Shown piece after piece: positions 51,298-64,000 of a DNA stretch of 64,000 bases (position 1 is the stretch's first letter; every line of letters begins with the position of its first letter). The notes under the pieces were generated by a model, which saw only the letters and a program-made list of their open reading frames with translations, had not been told where the DNA came from and did not search any database. A program made the position numbers and the translations under genes. Source of the stretch: Lama guanicoe (taxonomy: Eukaryota); the NCBI GenBank assembly GCA_013239625.1, contig MU056000.1, positions 12,165,175-12,229,174 of the forward strand. The letters are read 5' to 3'.

Positions 51298-53921
51298 TAC
51301 GAAACAATTTAAAATGTATACAGCCCAGAACACAAAATACATCTTCCTTCAGTCAACATTTACTGTACACCAGGGTTGTGGTGATACTCGGGGAGGCCCT
51401 GGGGTGCAGGGAAACATCTCTACCCTCATGGAGCTTCCAGTCCAGAGGAGAGACCACAATAACCAAACACATTTTTAAAAGTGATTTATAAACCGTAGAA
51501 CATCCAAATGGTACTTGTGTAGACTCATATCCTAGAGAAGGCAATGCTGGTTTCAGCTGATCAACACTGATTCTAAGACCCCAAACGAAAACAGCAACCA
51601 CAGAAAAGGGAGCGTGGTCTAGCTCAGCAGTTCCCCAAGTGCACGCATGTCGACAGGGATTAATTTTATGAACAGCTTCTCTTGCTGTGTGGAAAGCCTT
51701 ATTAAGAATGGAAACACTTTCTTTAATGCCTTTTTTCTCTTTCTGCCTTTTTAATTTCTTTGCTACGGAAATCAAAACTAAATGCATGCTCTTAATTTCT
51801 GAAAAATAATGTAGTGTTTCTCAGACTTTATTAACCCATCCCCTACTGGCTTCTCCCAATGGTATTTAGGACTGGTGTTCCCTCGTTAAGTTTGGAGAAA
51901 TACCAGCAGCTAATACTGCTGGTAGGAGTTGATACCTACCAGCTAAGCACAGAAGGACCAATCTCAGACTACGCAAGAGGCCACCGCCTACATCATCATC
52001 ATCACCAGCATCACCATTATGGTTGCAGTTACCATAACTGGCACTAGGTAACTAGGTGTAAGTCCTAGAGGGCAGAGACCATAGCTTTTCTTCAGTTGTG
52101 CCTGGACCATCAGCATATCTTGTGGGCATGAGTTTTTTCAACTACATTTGGAAATATAATTACTACTCAGGAAGGTTAAAATAATAGCAACTATATGTGC
52201 AGTCCTTAAATTCTCTGAATTACTACTTTGAAAGCATTTTTCTCCTTCCACTCTGATAACCAAAAAATAGCTTCAGGCCATCATCTGCACATCACATGCA
52301 TTTTCTGATTGCTACGCCTTAATCTGCTTCTGGACAACAGTAGAGATTTAATTCCTTGCCCCACTGATTTTATTTCAGTTTTTAAAAACACAGTGGCTTC
52401 TCCACAGGTAACTAAAAATAAATTCCAAAGACAGCTTCTGGGGTTAAGACTATTCTTAAGAGTAACATTCATTTTAAAGTCAGTTATGACTAAACCTGTA
52501 TCATTGAAGAGTGTCTTTATCTACACTCCCCACCAAAAAAAGTACACACCCATAAAAGCACAAGGCAGCCAAGGAAAAAGGCTGAATTACGAGGACACAT
52601 TTAGAGACTGCTGCAGAGTTCATGGCTGCGAGGGAAAACACTATCCCACAACACATTAATACAAGAGCAGAATATTTCAGGATCTGCCTTTGCTTTCTTA
52701 AATATACTGAAACCAAACCCTGGTTGCATGATTCAGTCGTAAGTTAAACATCTGACCAAATAGCCAGATTAACAACAAATTTAGAGACACATCCACAATG
52801 GTGTCAAATAAATGTACTTACTTCAGAGGACACTTGTTCACAAAATATTTGAGCTAGTAAACTTGGTCGTGGAAAAAAACCAATACTTTTTTTCTTCCCC
52901 AACTTGGTCTGAAATCTTTCCAACATTCCAAAGGAACTAAAATATATGCCAACCCATACAAAAGAAATTGAGATGGTAGGCTGGGTACATCTGCCTTAAC
53001 CTAAAAACAAAAGCCAGTTTGCTCTGTCTTTAGAGCCAGCATAATGAAAGCACGAAAAGCCCAGATGGCTTAGACTTTCTTTACACAAAATAACTGAGAA
53101 GACTGACATCTACACTCTTTTTTCAGCAAGTCTGATCCTAATGGCAATTTTAGACCTGGAATTTCTATCAGACCAAGAGGAATGCTTTTAGGCGAGTGAA
53201 AAATTAATTGTTCTACACCGTTCTGCATATTCGTCCAGGCTGCCTAGCCCAGCAACTGTAGGAAAATGTTTTCACCAAAGAGCATCTTCAATTCACTCAG
53301 CTCTTTCTTACTGACACTGGCTTGATGTATTAAATCCGACACTCCAACCCCCAGCTGCTTATGCATCTTTTCACAAAGAGAATTATAGAAAGCAAAATGA
53401 AATCAATTATCAGTTAAAGAGCTTAAGAACTGGAATGGAGATTAGCAGGGAGAAAGATGAGGCAAAGGCCAGAAACCCAATGGCATTTCTGACACCTTCT
53501 AGTGAGCGTTCTAAAGAGCTGCTTGCGGGGAGTGTGGTGGTAAATAATTCACCCTCGCTTTTTTTTCTGCCATGTAAAATGGCTTTTAACTAAAACAGTA
53601 GACAGCATAAAAACTTTATTTCCACCCTGGGGTCAATTTTATATTTCTGAACTTGAAGTCTTTCAGGGAGAGAATGAAAAAGTAGCCATTATGTTCTGGG
53701 GATTTTCTTCCCCCTGTATGACTTCACACTTCTTAAGAAAAAGTTATACTTAAACCCAGAGTAGGTGGCCCCTTAGGAACCTCACCCCCAGCTACCTAGA
53801 TTCCTTTTATACTGGAAAGTCAGGTCCCAGAAACTGACGGACCCGAAATTGCTTCTGTCTATGCGGCAGAGAAGTGAGAACAAACAGATCTTTATAAATG
53901 ACACTTTAAAAGCGAGAAATT

Positions 53922-54078
53922 TAACAAGGTCCTACCATATATACATATTCAATATTTTGTAATAAACTATAATGAGAAAGAATATGAAAAAGTACATATG
54001 TATAACCGAAACATTTTGCTGTACACCTGAAACTAACACAACACTGTAAATCAACTATACTTCAATTAAAAAAAAAAA
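53922..54078 (+). mobile_element. Short LINE-1 3'UTR fragment, same family
   Basis: aacaaggtccta...tattcaatat...gctgtacacctgaaactaacacaacactgtaaatcaactatacttcaattaaaaaaaaaa; agaaattt on both flanks. Confidence 0.8.
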
Positions 54079-56077
54079 CCACTGAAAAAATTAGAAATTT
54101 GGGTCACACGGTTGTTAAGAGGGTCAAACTGAGATCAATCAAATGAAAATATCTTCCAAACTGCAGAGAATTATATAATGTCAGCCTAATGCAGCATTTC
54201 CATATTATTTTCATAGAAATAATGTGTGATAATGACTTTTGAGACTATTCAGATTTGCAAACCCGTGATTGTGATTTCTCTTCTATTTGCTTAACGTGGT
54301 CCTCTGGGAAGATCAAACCAAATAATGGAAGCTTAGAAACAAAAATGAGAAGTATCAATTAATATACAAACATGTGATATTACTGGATAATTTGAGGAAA
54401 TCAGAAAGCTAATCACTGGTTAGAATGAATGGACAGACACAGATACAGATGCAGTGAACAAGTTCTATAGAAGTAAAGTCTGCATACAACTTTAGGCACG
54501 TTCAAAGGGCAATACAGTTGAGGGCACAGATTTTTAAAAAGTCACAAAGTAACAAGAAGAAGATTCTGAGTTACACACAACATTCATTTATTGCTGCCCA
54601 GGAATGACTACGTACACTGGCTTCAACGTGGACGCTCAGAAGTAGTCCTTCTCTCCATGCATATGTAAATTAATTCATTCATCAGGGTCTTATTTTCAGT
54701 TCTCATTCGTAAGGGTTTATTGAACAGCCGATACCAAAAAATTAACTCACTTTTTTGCCTCCGGCTTTCAGACACTAATCGAATTTCTTACCGGTTTGTG
54801 AATCCCTGTGCGAGTCCCCAGCCAGCTGGCAGAGGACTGAACAGTCAGCGTCACTCTTCCGGTTCTGTGACTCTTCAGGCCTCGTCACTCTCAAGTAGGA
54901 GATGGCCCGCGGAACCAAGCGAGGCCTGGACTACATGTGAGAAGGCTTCTTTGCTGCCAATGCGTCTGGTTTCCCTCACAGGTGACCTTGATCAAAAGCG
55001 CTCGGGGCCAAGGCGGCTCACATGGGAAGTGACAGCCAACACTAGTTGCTCCCCTAAGTCCTTTCCTTCCCCCAGTTCCCCGTAGATAACCAATGAATGC
55101 TTGAATCAAAATTACCTGTGTAACCCCAGGACTTTCAGGACTTTCTCGAAAGCCTTTGCCAGGCAGCCATGGAGGGGGACAGGTGAGGGTGGAACTGGAT
55201 GTGAAGTGGGGATAGTTGGAGGAGCCACTTAAAGGAAATCTCAAAAATTCATTAGAAAAAAATTCACTATATAGGTCATTTCTTAAAGTTCCATCTTCTC
55301 TCTTGAAGAATTGCTACGCTTGTACAATGTTGCTGAATATCGAGTGAGCTGCCATGATTGCTGTCCATCCCTCTGAGGTCAGGGTATTAACACAGCCTCA
55401 CTTGTACAAGGACACAGGCATGGCGATTTCTCACCTGCTGAGACAGTAAAGGCAGGAGGAAAACCATCCCTGGCAATCCAAGGTGTAAGATCAATGGCAT
55501 TACTATTTTTCCCAGCAGACAAGAGGCCAACCACTTTTTCTCAAAGGCTACGTGAGCCAGTTTCTCTGCAGTCACCCCGTCCCTGTCCTGGAGGTCCTCA
55601 GAGTCAGGATGTCCCTCCCTGTGTTACCAGCTCTCCCACCTGGGCTGATCCATTCTTCCTAGTGGAAGAGAATCGCTGGTCCACACCACCTAAGGATCCC
55701 AGCCTCCTCTGGGCTAGATAACCCACTTTCCAGGCTTCTTCTGTACAGCCCATTCTCCAAGCTTTAATCATCTTTCCATCTTCTCTGAACCATAAGGCGG
55801 GGGGAAAAAAAGGTTCCCATTTTCAGATGGGAGACCATAACTAGAAATAGTGTTTAAAAGACAGTCTAAACCTTTAATTCTACTCCTTTTTAACTCACTG
55901 CTCTTAACTATTATTCTGATCTCGAGCTTACACATCAAAATAACACCTTTACTTTTAGAAATAGTAAAAGTGTGACCTATAATAAACCCTATAAAAATGG
56001 CCATAGATAGCTAACCATTCTTTTTCTTTTATAGGTTTCTTTTCAACTTAGTGTTAAGACTATTCCTTTTAAATAAA

Positions 56078-56455
56078 AGATGGCATATCCATACCATGGA
56101 ATATTACTCAGCAAAAAAACAGAATAAAGTACAAGCTACAACATCAATGAACCTTGAAAACACTATGCTCAGTGCAAGAAGCCTGTCCTAAAAGACTACA
56201 TATAGTACAATTCTGTTAATATGAAATGTCTAGAAGAGGCAGATCTAGAGAGGCAGGGAGAAGTTGTAGTTGCCCAGGGCCGGTTTCGCCCAGAGTGCAG
56301 GGTTTCTGTTTTGGGTACCGAATGTTACAAACTTGTTAGTGGTGATGGTTGTGCAAGTCTGTAAATAAAATAAAAGCCACTAAATTGTACACTTTAAGTG
56401 GGTGGACTGTATGGGGTGTGAATTATATCGCGATTCAGCTGTTAGAAGAAAAAAG
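56078..56455 (+). mobile_element. L1MB7/8-like 3' fragment
   Basis: atatccataccatggaatattactcagc...atgaaccttgaaaacactatgctcagtg...gtggtgatggttgtgca...attgtacactttaagtggg. Confidence 0.75.
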
Positions 56456-57805
56456 CTATTCTTTTCCCTGCAGACCACAGCTCACACTGATGAAAATTAT
56501 TAAGTAATCGCACCCGAGGTGCTGCAACGTGGCTACTGCCTCTTTCGCTCTTTTAGCTACAAGAACATCTGCGAACTATTTTCGAATCTGTCAAAGACAG
56601 CAATGAGCCAAAAATGATGGATACTTCTCAGTGTGACTTTCCTCAAAAGATAGAAGTTATTTTTCCTACAGCATTTACATCATCTTACCCTTGCAGAGAA
56701 TGTCCAAACAGGGAACATCCAAAATAAGTATGGGACCTGGACACTGACACCTACTCTCTCCAGGGCTACCTCCAGTGAATGTTTATGACACCCATGTACT
56801 ATTTTCTAAGCTAAGTCCCTTTGTGGGGGGGGAGGGTCAAGCCGAATAAATGTTTTAAATGAACAATCTTTCCATTTTAATATGGGACAGGTTTTAAATC
56901 AGAAAAAAATGATTGCTAACTTGAAAAATCTGCAATTTTAATCTCCCTGGTTTATCGTTGCTCAGGGAAGGAAATGAGGTTATTCGGACAGGATGTGCCC
57001 TTTAAAAGGCATGCTGGCAACATTCTCCGGAGTCCTGATCTCTCTCCAGCCCTCTGTTAACAAAAGCTTCCTGAAACTGGGGACGGCGTACGCTCTAGCC
57101 CACTGTCACAGGAGTGAGTGGTTCTCAGCATCACCCCGTCAACATCTGCCGTTAGCTCCCTTTGCAAGAGCAAAAGCAGATGCTTGGAGCAAGCCACTGT
57201 GAACTCTGACATGGCAGGAAGATGGAGACAATTCAGAACAGAAGATCATTCCAGAGGACAAAAATACTGGCTCAATTTTCAAGGGCTAGCTGCTCGGTTA
57301 CCCTCACTGGAAGACTGAGAAATACGATTAATTATTTCAAAATTATTACAAGAACCATTTGGAACACTCAAACAGCAGCTGGATTAAGGCTGAGTCGAAC
57401 CTCTGAAATGAAGCCACTGCATTTGGAACTTCTAATACAGTCTATGTGCCAAATTCACATGGTAAATGTAATGTTTAGTGTTATGGGAGACTGCACACGT
57501 CTGCTCTAAAGGCTTCATCTATGAAACCCTATGGGGACATTTTTTCCCTCAAAAATTCATGTGAATAATCAAAACTATCATATTATACACTGCAGGATGT
57601 ATTCCAGTAAAATCTTGAACAAGTTCACTAACATATGGACACAGATAGTTGAAAACAAATATCAAAGAAAGGACTGTTCAAAACGGGTCATTTCTTGGGA
57701 GAGTTTACAAGTATCAACAAATCTAAGCAAAGGGAGGGAAAGAGGGGCGTTTGATTCTACAGATGAGCCCCTTAGGGAGTCTTGCTTAAACTCCTAAGTT
57801 CTGAT

Positions 57806-57950
57806 CAGGGCTGGGACGAGGGTGAGGCAGGTGTCCCAGATACACAATTTAAGGCTGCACCAATTCTGGGGCTCATGCAATGACCCTGAGTGATGCGTCT
57901 CTACATGTGCACCCTGGGCACGCCATTCACCTTACCCCGGTCCCCCTTTC
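57806..57950. mobile_element. MER96-like hAT-Tip100 MITE
   Basis: cagggctgggacgagggtgaggc...aatttaagg...gaccctgagtga...caccctggg...ccttaccccggtccc with imperfect terminal inverted repeats. Confidence 0.6.
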
Positions 57951-58456
57951 TGGTCACTAGCCCCATGTTCTCTAGGCCAGAGTGGCATGGACGATGGACT
58001 ACAAGAGCGTATTAAACCTAAGACTATCAAGAACTCGTGAGTTCCAGCAGCAGCTTCTAAATACAGAATCACTCTCTTTCCTCCAGCATTGGCACCTCAC
58101 TTAGGAAACGTGAGCTGTGTAATTGGCTAGTGTGGCAAATGGTAAGTTAAAAATTTAACTGCTCTTCAGTATTAAAAATAAGCATTAGGCGTCAAAACTT
58201 TACACAGCAGCCTCTAAATGTGTATAAGCACAATCAACTCATTTTTGGAACTACTCCCATGAGTAGACCTTCCCTGGAAAGGTGTTAGGTGTAATTAACA
58301 CACAACGCAGGCTTTTCTTACTTTTGCTGTGCCTGGAGTGGCTCTCCGTTCACCCAGAAACAAACACTCAGTTACAGACTACACCATAGGCAGGTGTTAG
58401 TATTTAAAACTAGGCTCGCTGAGGGAGTGGCAGGGTGGGCGGGGGCGAGGCGAGGT

Positions 58457-58529
58457 GGGTGGGTAGAGCTCAGTGGTAGAGCGCATGCTTAGCACGCACA
58501 GGGTCCTGGGTTCAATCCCCAGCACCTCA
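58457..58529 (+). mobile_element. Vic-1-like SINE / tRNA-Ala(AGC) pseudogene without A tail
   Basis: GGGTGGGTAGAGCTCAGTGGTAGAGCGCATGCTTAGCACGCACAGGGTCCTGGGTTCAATCCCCAGCACCTCA; about 8 differences from the 227-310 copy over 72 nt. Confidence 0.8.
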
Positions 58530-58739
58530 CTAAGATCACCAGACTGCGTTTCTCTCAGGACAGTGTTCAAGCACGGGGCCTTTATGGCTGGAGCAGTCCA
58601 AAAAGGTACTTGGACTGTGTGAGTGACCATCTGTGTTTTTAAACAACTTGCTTTTGGGGGAAGCCTGTGTATCAGATGCTTGTATTTAGAACAAGGATTT
58701 TTAGGAAGAAAACCCACACACAGCCTGCCAAGCCCTACA

Positions 58740-58927
58740 ACCTGGTCCCCAAAGTGTGCCTTCCAGACAAGCATCACCAGCAGCACCGGGGAGCCTGTTA
58801 GAAACGCACATTTTCACACCCCACCCGAGACTTGCTGAATCAGAACCTCTGTGTTGAGGCCCAGGTCTCAGGGGTTTCATCAGCCCCTCCAGGGGATTCT
58901 GATTCCTGCTCAGTTCTGAGCACCGCC
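58740..58927. mobile_element. MER5A-like hAT MITE (further fragments near 59085-59232, 60683-60800, 61265-61403)
   Basis: ccaaagtgtg...cagcagcacc.gggagcctgttagaaacgca...gctgaatcagaa...ccctccaggggattctgat. Confidence 0.75.
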
Positions 58928-59294
58928 ACGCTACAGGTAGTGCTCCTGGCAGCAGGAAACACGGGCTTTGCCGCTGCCAATCTTTGTCCTCTTCAGGAAG
59001 ACATTCTCTCTCGCAGGGAGAACAAAATGATGGGGCTAAACAACTGATCCATCGACCCGCTGGGGGCTTCACAGCACAGAGTCCTACTGCAAATACAGAT
59101 TCCTGGGCTCACCTCCGGAAAGGCTGGACCACTGGGTCCTGGGCTCACCTCTAGAGACTGAATCATTGGATGAGGCTCCCAATTAGCAGCCCCTCCAGTG
59201 ATTCTGATGTGAAGCCAGGACTGGGGACCACTGGAAGGCCCCCTGCACCACTAAACAGCACATCAGAAGTAACTGGGGAAAATGATCCTTTAGA

Positions 59295-59560
59295 TCAGGG
59301 TTAGCCAGCTTTTTCTGCAAAGGGCCAGATGGTTGATATCTCAGGCTGTTTGACTCCTAGAATGGGCCACTTGGCTTGACTCAGTCTTGGATAAACTGAT
59401 GAATAGGCATAGCTGTGTTTCCAATACCACTTCACTGAATCTGACTTTCTTATCATTTTCATGTGTCATAACATATTCTATTGACGTTTCTCAAACATTT
59501 AAAAAGGTATAAATCATTCTGAGCTCGCAAGCTGTAGGAAAAGAGGCAGTGGACATGGAC
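59295..59560. mobile_element. MER58B-like hAT MITE
   Basis: cagggttagccagctttttctgcaaagggccagat...gctgtgtttccaata...attttcatgtgtcat...aatcattctgagctc. Confidence 0.65.
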
Positions 59561-62500
59561 CACTGCGGCTTCAGTGAAACACTGGAGCAATTATATAGCC
59601 TTCACTGAGTCCAGTCATGCTGCGTTTGCGACATATGTAACTTCAATACAAACAGCTGCTTTCAAAAAAGCTAGATATTGCTTAAAAAAAAAAAACACTG
59701 AGGTTTAATGTGCATCCAGTACAATATACAGCCTGATGAAGCACCCACGGCAACACACTGAACATTTCCATCACCCGAGAAAGTTCACTGGTGCCCCTTC
59801 CCAGGCAACATTCCTCCGAAGTAACCATGAGGTTTGAATCCTTACCTTTAAGATGGCAGGGCAAGCAGTTGGGGACAAAAGCCAGGCATCATTCATGTCT
59901 TCTCTGTTTGCACTGCAGTTCTAAGTAACAGACACTCTAAGCAGAAGCTATCAGAAGAGGTACCCACTGGGCATGAATAAGCCCCTTTCTCTCCAATGTG
60001 CTGCTGGGGACTCATCCACCCTCCCCTACTCTACATCTATCTCCCCCATCCCAGCCCAGGTTGGGTCACCCAAGCTGCAGAGCAGGTGCATGGCTGCAGG
60101 GGTGGAGGAAATGAGTTCCTTCAGGGGTACCCCTTTGCCCCCACCTCCCACCAACCCCCAACCCCTGGCTGGGCCAGCTCTTCACACTAGGGCTTTATCA
60201 GACCCATTCAGACCCCAATCCCCTCCTCTTTCCTTGGGGTAGAAACAGGTATGGTTTGTTCAGCAACATAAATATAACTTAATTGAGCTGTTTGAACTCA
60301 AAGACCATCATGGACGGCCTCTGTGCGTGGAGGGCTCAACTGAGGGATTTCAGGAAACGGCTTCACCCTTGGGATTTTTCTCCATTCAAATTAGAAAAAC
60401 CATCATGGCGTCTCACAGCTGGAAGGAGAGGTGCTCCTACACTGGGTTCTGTTCCAGACACAGAAAGAGGCAGGACTGCAGGCAAGAGGAAGATGCGGAG
60501 CATGGAAGAAATCAAACCTGTCCACAGAGTCACCCCTCCAGGAAGGCCGGCCCCTCCCAGAACCCCCAGCCTCGCAGGGCAGAGGGCAGCCCAAGTTGAA
60601 GTCAACAGCAAATGGGGAGGGGAGGTGGGGAGGAGAAAGACTCTCCAACTGATCTCACGTCACCTCACCCACCCACCCAACCTGGGGCTCTCCAGTTTCA
60701 CTGTGAACAGCATCGTCTGGGAATCCTGTTAAAGTACAGACCCCAGGACAGGACTGGAGTGGGACCAAGGAAGCTGCATCTTTCACAAGGGCCCTGATGA
60801 CTGAAGATGAAATGAAGCAGCCGCCGGTGGGAGAAGCACACACGGAGAAACGCCACACTAGTTTTTGGGACAGTTAAATCCAAATGTCCCACTCAGAGTA
60901 TCCAACCTGAGGGTGGGACTAGGGAGGTGGAGATAGAAGACCAAGAACAGGTACAATTCCCTAGACAAAGAGTAAGATGGGCACACTCCAGGGCCTCCGG
61001 CAGACGAGGGCCCAGTGGCCAAATGGATGGACAGAGGGAACTGTATTTACACAGATCATGTGGGCATCAGAGACCTTCCACAGAACCATCTAAGAAAAGG
61101 CGCCCAGAAAAGAAGCTGCATAGGAAGAATCCAGGCCTAGAGATCATGGGTAACATGAGCGTTTTCTAAGTCTAGTGTGTAAAAAGATGTGCTTTTTCAA
61201 CAACTTTCAGGGTACTATTTTGACATGATGCTCATTTGGTCTATGAAACAGTTCTGACCTTGACTGCTTATGAAGCAGCATCCAGGAAGCTTGTTCCAGA
61301 CACACCAGGGCCCAAGTCCCAGCTGAGATTCTGATTCATTGTTCTGGGGCGGAGCCAAGGCTCTTGGTATAAGTTCAATGGGCAGCCAGGGCTGACAACA
61401 ACTCCACCAGAAGCAGCAACCGTGGAAGCAAGACTGTGAACACACGAGGCGATTTAACGTGAAACACTGAAACTGAAAAACGTGATTTTTGTTGACCCTT
61501 CTATTTCCCCCCAGAGCAATAAAGTAAAACAGCCGCCACAAAAGAGGAGGGAAATGGGAAGGTGGTATGAGAGCCCGCTGATCTGGAAGAGTAACTTCAA
61601 CAGAAAGGCAAAGATCATGACCAGGAAGGTGACAAGGACATTCAATCCCAGGGGCCTGGAGAGAGAAACGAAGTGAACCTGAAGCAGCAGCCAGGATGGG
61701 CAGTCGAAGGGCCGGCAAGGTGGATAAGCGACAGCCCCCACCTCACCCTGCCAGACTTCACTTTCCTCCGGAGGAAGTAACGTGATCAAGTAGAAAGATG
61801 ACCAACTCTGGATCCAAACCCAGCTCTGTCAACGCGCTGCTGATCAACTGTGGACTTGTGGACACACTACCCCACGGCAGCTCAATCTCAAACACCTTCC
61901 TCGTAGGGGAGCAGTGAGGATTAAATGGATGGAAGGCACCAGCATGGGGCCTAGTGGAGAGATGTCACCTGGCAAACGGCACCCTCTTTCCAACGCCAAC
62001 CCTCACAAGGAGGATGTGGCTTAGAAGTGGGGTGACCTCCTTTCCCACAGCCCCCCAGAGAGGTGATCATGGGAAGAATGTGGTTCCCTAATCTCACCAC
62101 AGTGGCAGCCTGGATTGGAGTTCAGCAAAGTTGGAATCAGGCAACAGAGGACTTGCACACCATCCCGAGTCCCCATCACAGGTACCCGAACAGGCCTTTG
62201 CAGACAGACTAGGTAACCAATCCCTCACGCATATTACTGAGTCTTTAGGAAAAGTGGTTCTAAGTAACAGGCCTTTAAGTGAATTTGAGATGAAATGAAC
62301 CTCAGTCACAAACCAGCAACTGCCGGAATTTGTTCCAACAAACTGCTTCTGCTTTTTCTACTGCAACTCCACCTGGCATTAAACGGTGCCACGTCTGATT
62401 CCCACGGATAATCTTCTGAACGGCTTTGTTTTCAAACAACATCTTTACATACATTTTCCACAAAATGACACTTACAATAAAGGTATAGTAGTTAAGCCTC

Positions 62501-64000
62501 AAAAAAAAAAAAAAACCCTGAGTTTTGATTGCACCCCTTTTCCCCATCACCTCTCCCAGTCTTAAGTTACCACCTGGTCTGAGCTTAACATCCAGCACTG
62601 GTTTGCTGACTGCTTTCCATATTCATGGGTATCAAGAATGGAAGACAGTATTCTGTTTACCTTCAAGTATGAGCAATTTGATTTCCTAAAAGTAACCACA
62701 AAGTTGAAAGCAATAGTAGGTCCAACAGTACAAAAGTCAGCCCTTCTCTTTGTGCCTGGTCACTGGGAAGGGTTCCCGGGAGAAGCAGGAAGGGTCTGGA
62801 TAAACCACAGGCCGACACAGGCACCAGTCGGCTGAGCTACTCCGAGCAGAGCCTGGAATCCAGAAGTCGACCGCGGATAGGAGGCGCAGGCAGGTCAGAG
62901 GCAGGCTTGAGCCCAAATAAATACACTGAGTCTAAGGGATGGGAAGAGGAGGTTCACTGAATGGACCCAGGGAGGAAAGATGAGGCTGAAGTCGAGAGAT
63001 AACCACAAAGGAGAAAGCCAACAATTTGGCCCAACCAAGGACAGGAGGCCACAGAAGGTCATGACCCAGGGCAGAGGTCATTTGCGCTCTCCTGCAAAAT
63101 CATTTGTGTGTGTGTGGTCAGTCAGGGCCTCGCAGGGGCCAGGAAATACTGCTAATAGCGACCTCATTCTCTCTCCACCCACCCACCCACCCCCTGGGGG
63201 AGCCAGACAGGGAGGGGCCCCAGCAGTCAGTCCAAAGGGAACTGTTCTGAAAGAAAGGGTCAAAAATAAGCTGGATTCCTAATCCACTTAAGCTGGATTC
63301 ACTTAAAGGAGCAGAGACAGGGGCTCTTAAGGTCTTACAATGGGTTTTTCAGAGGTGCCAGCGAGGGCAGATGACAGAAGTGGTGTGCGCCCTTGGCAGG
63401 CTAAGGTCTCCATCACCTGACACAGCCCACACTCCTCAGAACACCAACGTATCCAGTGTTTGTCCCTGTAAACAGCTCCCTGTTTTGGTGTCGTTGATGA
63501 AGCGTATAGAATTATCACCTCAGGTTTCAAAAGGCCAAACTTTGGGAAAATATTCTGAACCCAACTTAACAGCCACCCACTCCCCCTTATAAAAGGAAAA
63601 TGCAATTTATATATTTTTGGAGTCTATCAAGTGAAATAATTCCTTTGAAAAAGGAATCCCCTTTAATGAGTTTCAGGGCTCTTTATTTCACTCCGATCCT
63701 ATGGCCAGGAGGGAAGTAACACAGAGGAACTCCCACCATGACTTTAGGACCAGAGGCTTTTCCTTTTGTCACTTGCAGGCCCTTAAGACATGTGTGCTCT
63801 GTTGAGACAGTTATCATATAACGTTCTGATAGAGAAATGACATCATTCTAATGTTTGGTTTCACACTGACTACAGAGATACACCATGCACTCGGTACATG
63901 AGTGCCTCCGTGGACCAGGCTTTGTGCCGAGATGCTAAGAACACACAAATGATATACCCTCGATCTCAGAGAGCATGGTGAGGAGAGGCAGAGAAAAAAA

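Larger units (their letters stand above)
1..64000 (-). other. MYO10: MYO10 (myosin-X) gene body, partial: intron 2 through intron 14
   Basis: Twelve exons join into one uninterrupted frame matching the myosin-X motor as recalled from human/bovine sequences. No exon 2 sequence (GTRVWLRENGQ...) was found above 34412. Confidence 0.96.

Noticed and set aside
51991..52020. Poly-His ORF segment
   Set aside because: Degenerate (CAT/CAC)n microsatellite with no exon context.
58457..58529. Functional tRNA-Ala(AGC) gene
   Set aside because: Anticodon stem has two mismatches (CATGC/GCACA), the acceptor stem pairs poorly, no oligo-T terminator follows, and it matches the SINE copies.
1..64000. CRISPR array, prokaryotic or viral insert, NUMT, retrocopy, snoRNA/miRNA
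   Set aside because: No repeat-spacer periodicity, operon-like ORFs or recognisable inserts were seen. Small ncRNAs cannot be fully excluded without an Infernal/Rfam search.

Overview
Mammalian genomic DNA, probably camelid because it carries three tRNA-Ala-derived Vic-1-like SINEs and no Alu, BovB/Bov-A or PRE-1 that I could recognise. The whole window lies inside MYO10 (unconventional myosin-X) on the minus strand. Twelve coding exons (3-14 by human numbering, inferred) splice at GT-AG junctions into one open 1374-nt frame (458 codons). This frame encodes the N-terminal part of the motor domain: P-loop GESGAGKT, switch [14 protein letters not shown], switch II DIFGFE and the relay helix. 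Positions 34413-64000 appear to be the long intron 2; exons 1-2 and 15 onward are outside the window. The rest is intron with ordinary interspersed repeats (L1 3' ends, L2, MIR, MLT1, MER21, an ERV1-like solo LTR, hAT MITEs); repeat boundaries and subfamily names are approximate and recognised by eye. I found no new gene system. Best observations: (1) a U12-type minor intron feeding a 14-nt microexon; (2) an extremely GC3-rich, CpG-rich exon 4 with a G-run cluster at its donor; (3) a convergent CTCF motif pair around exons 3-4; (4) a ~380-bp local duplication in intron 9; (5) several motif-level candidate recursive-splice sites or cryptic exons in introns 2-3.
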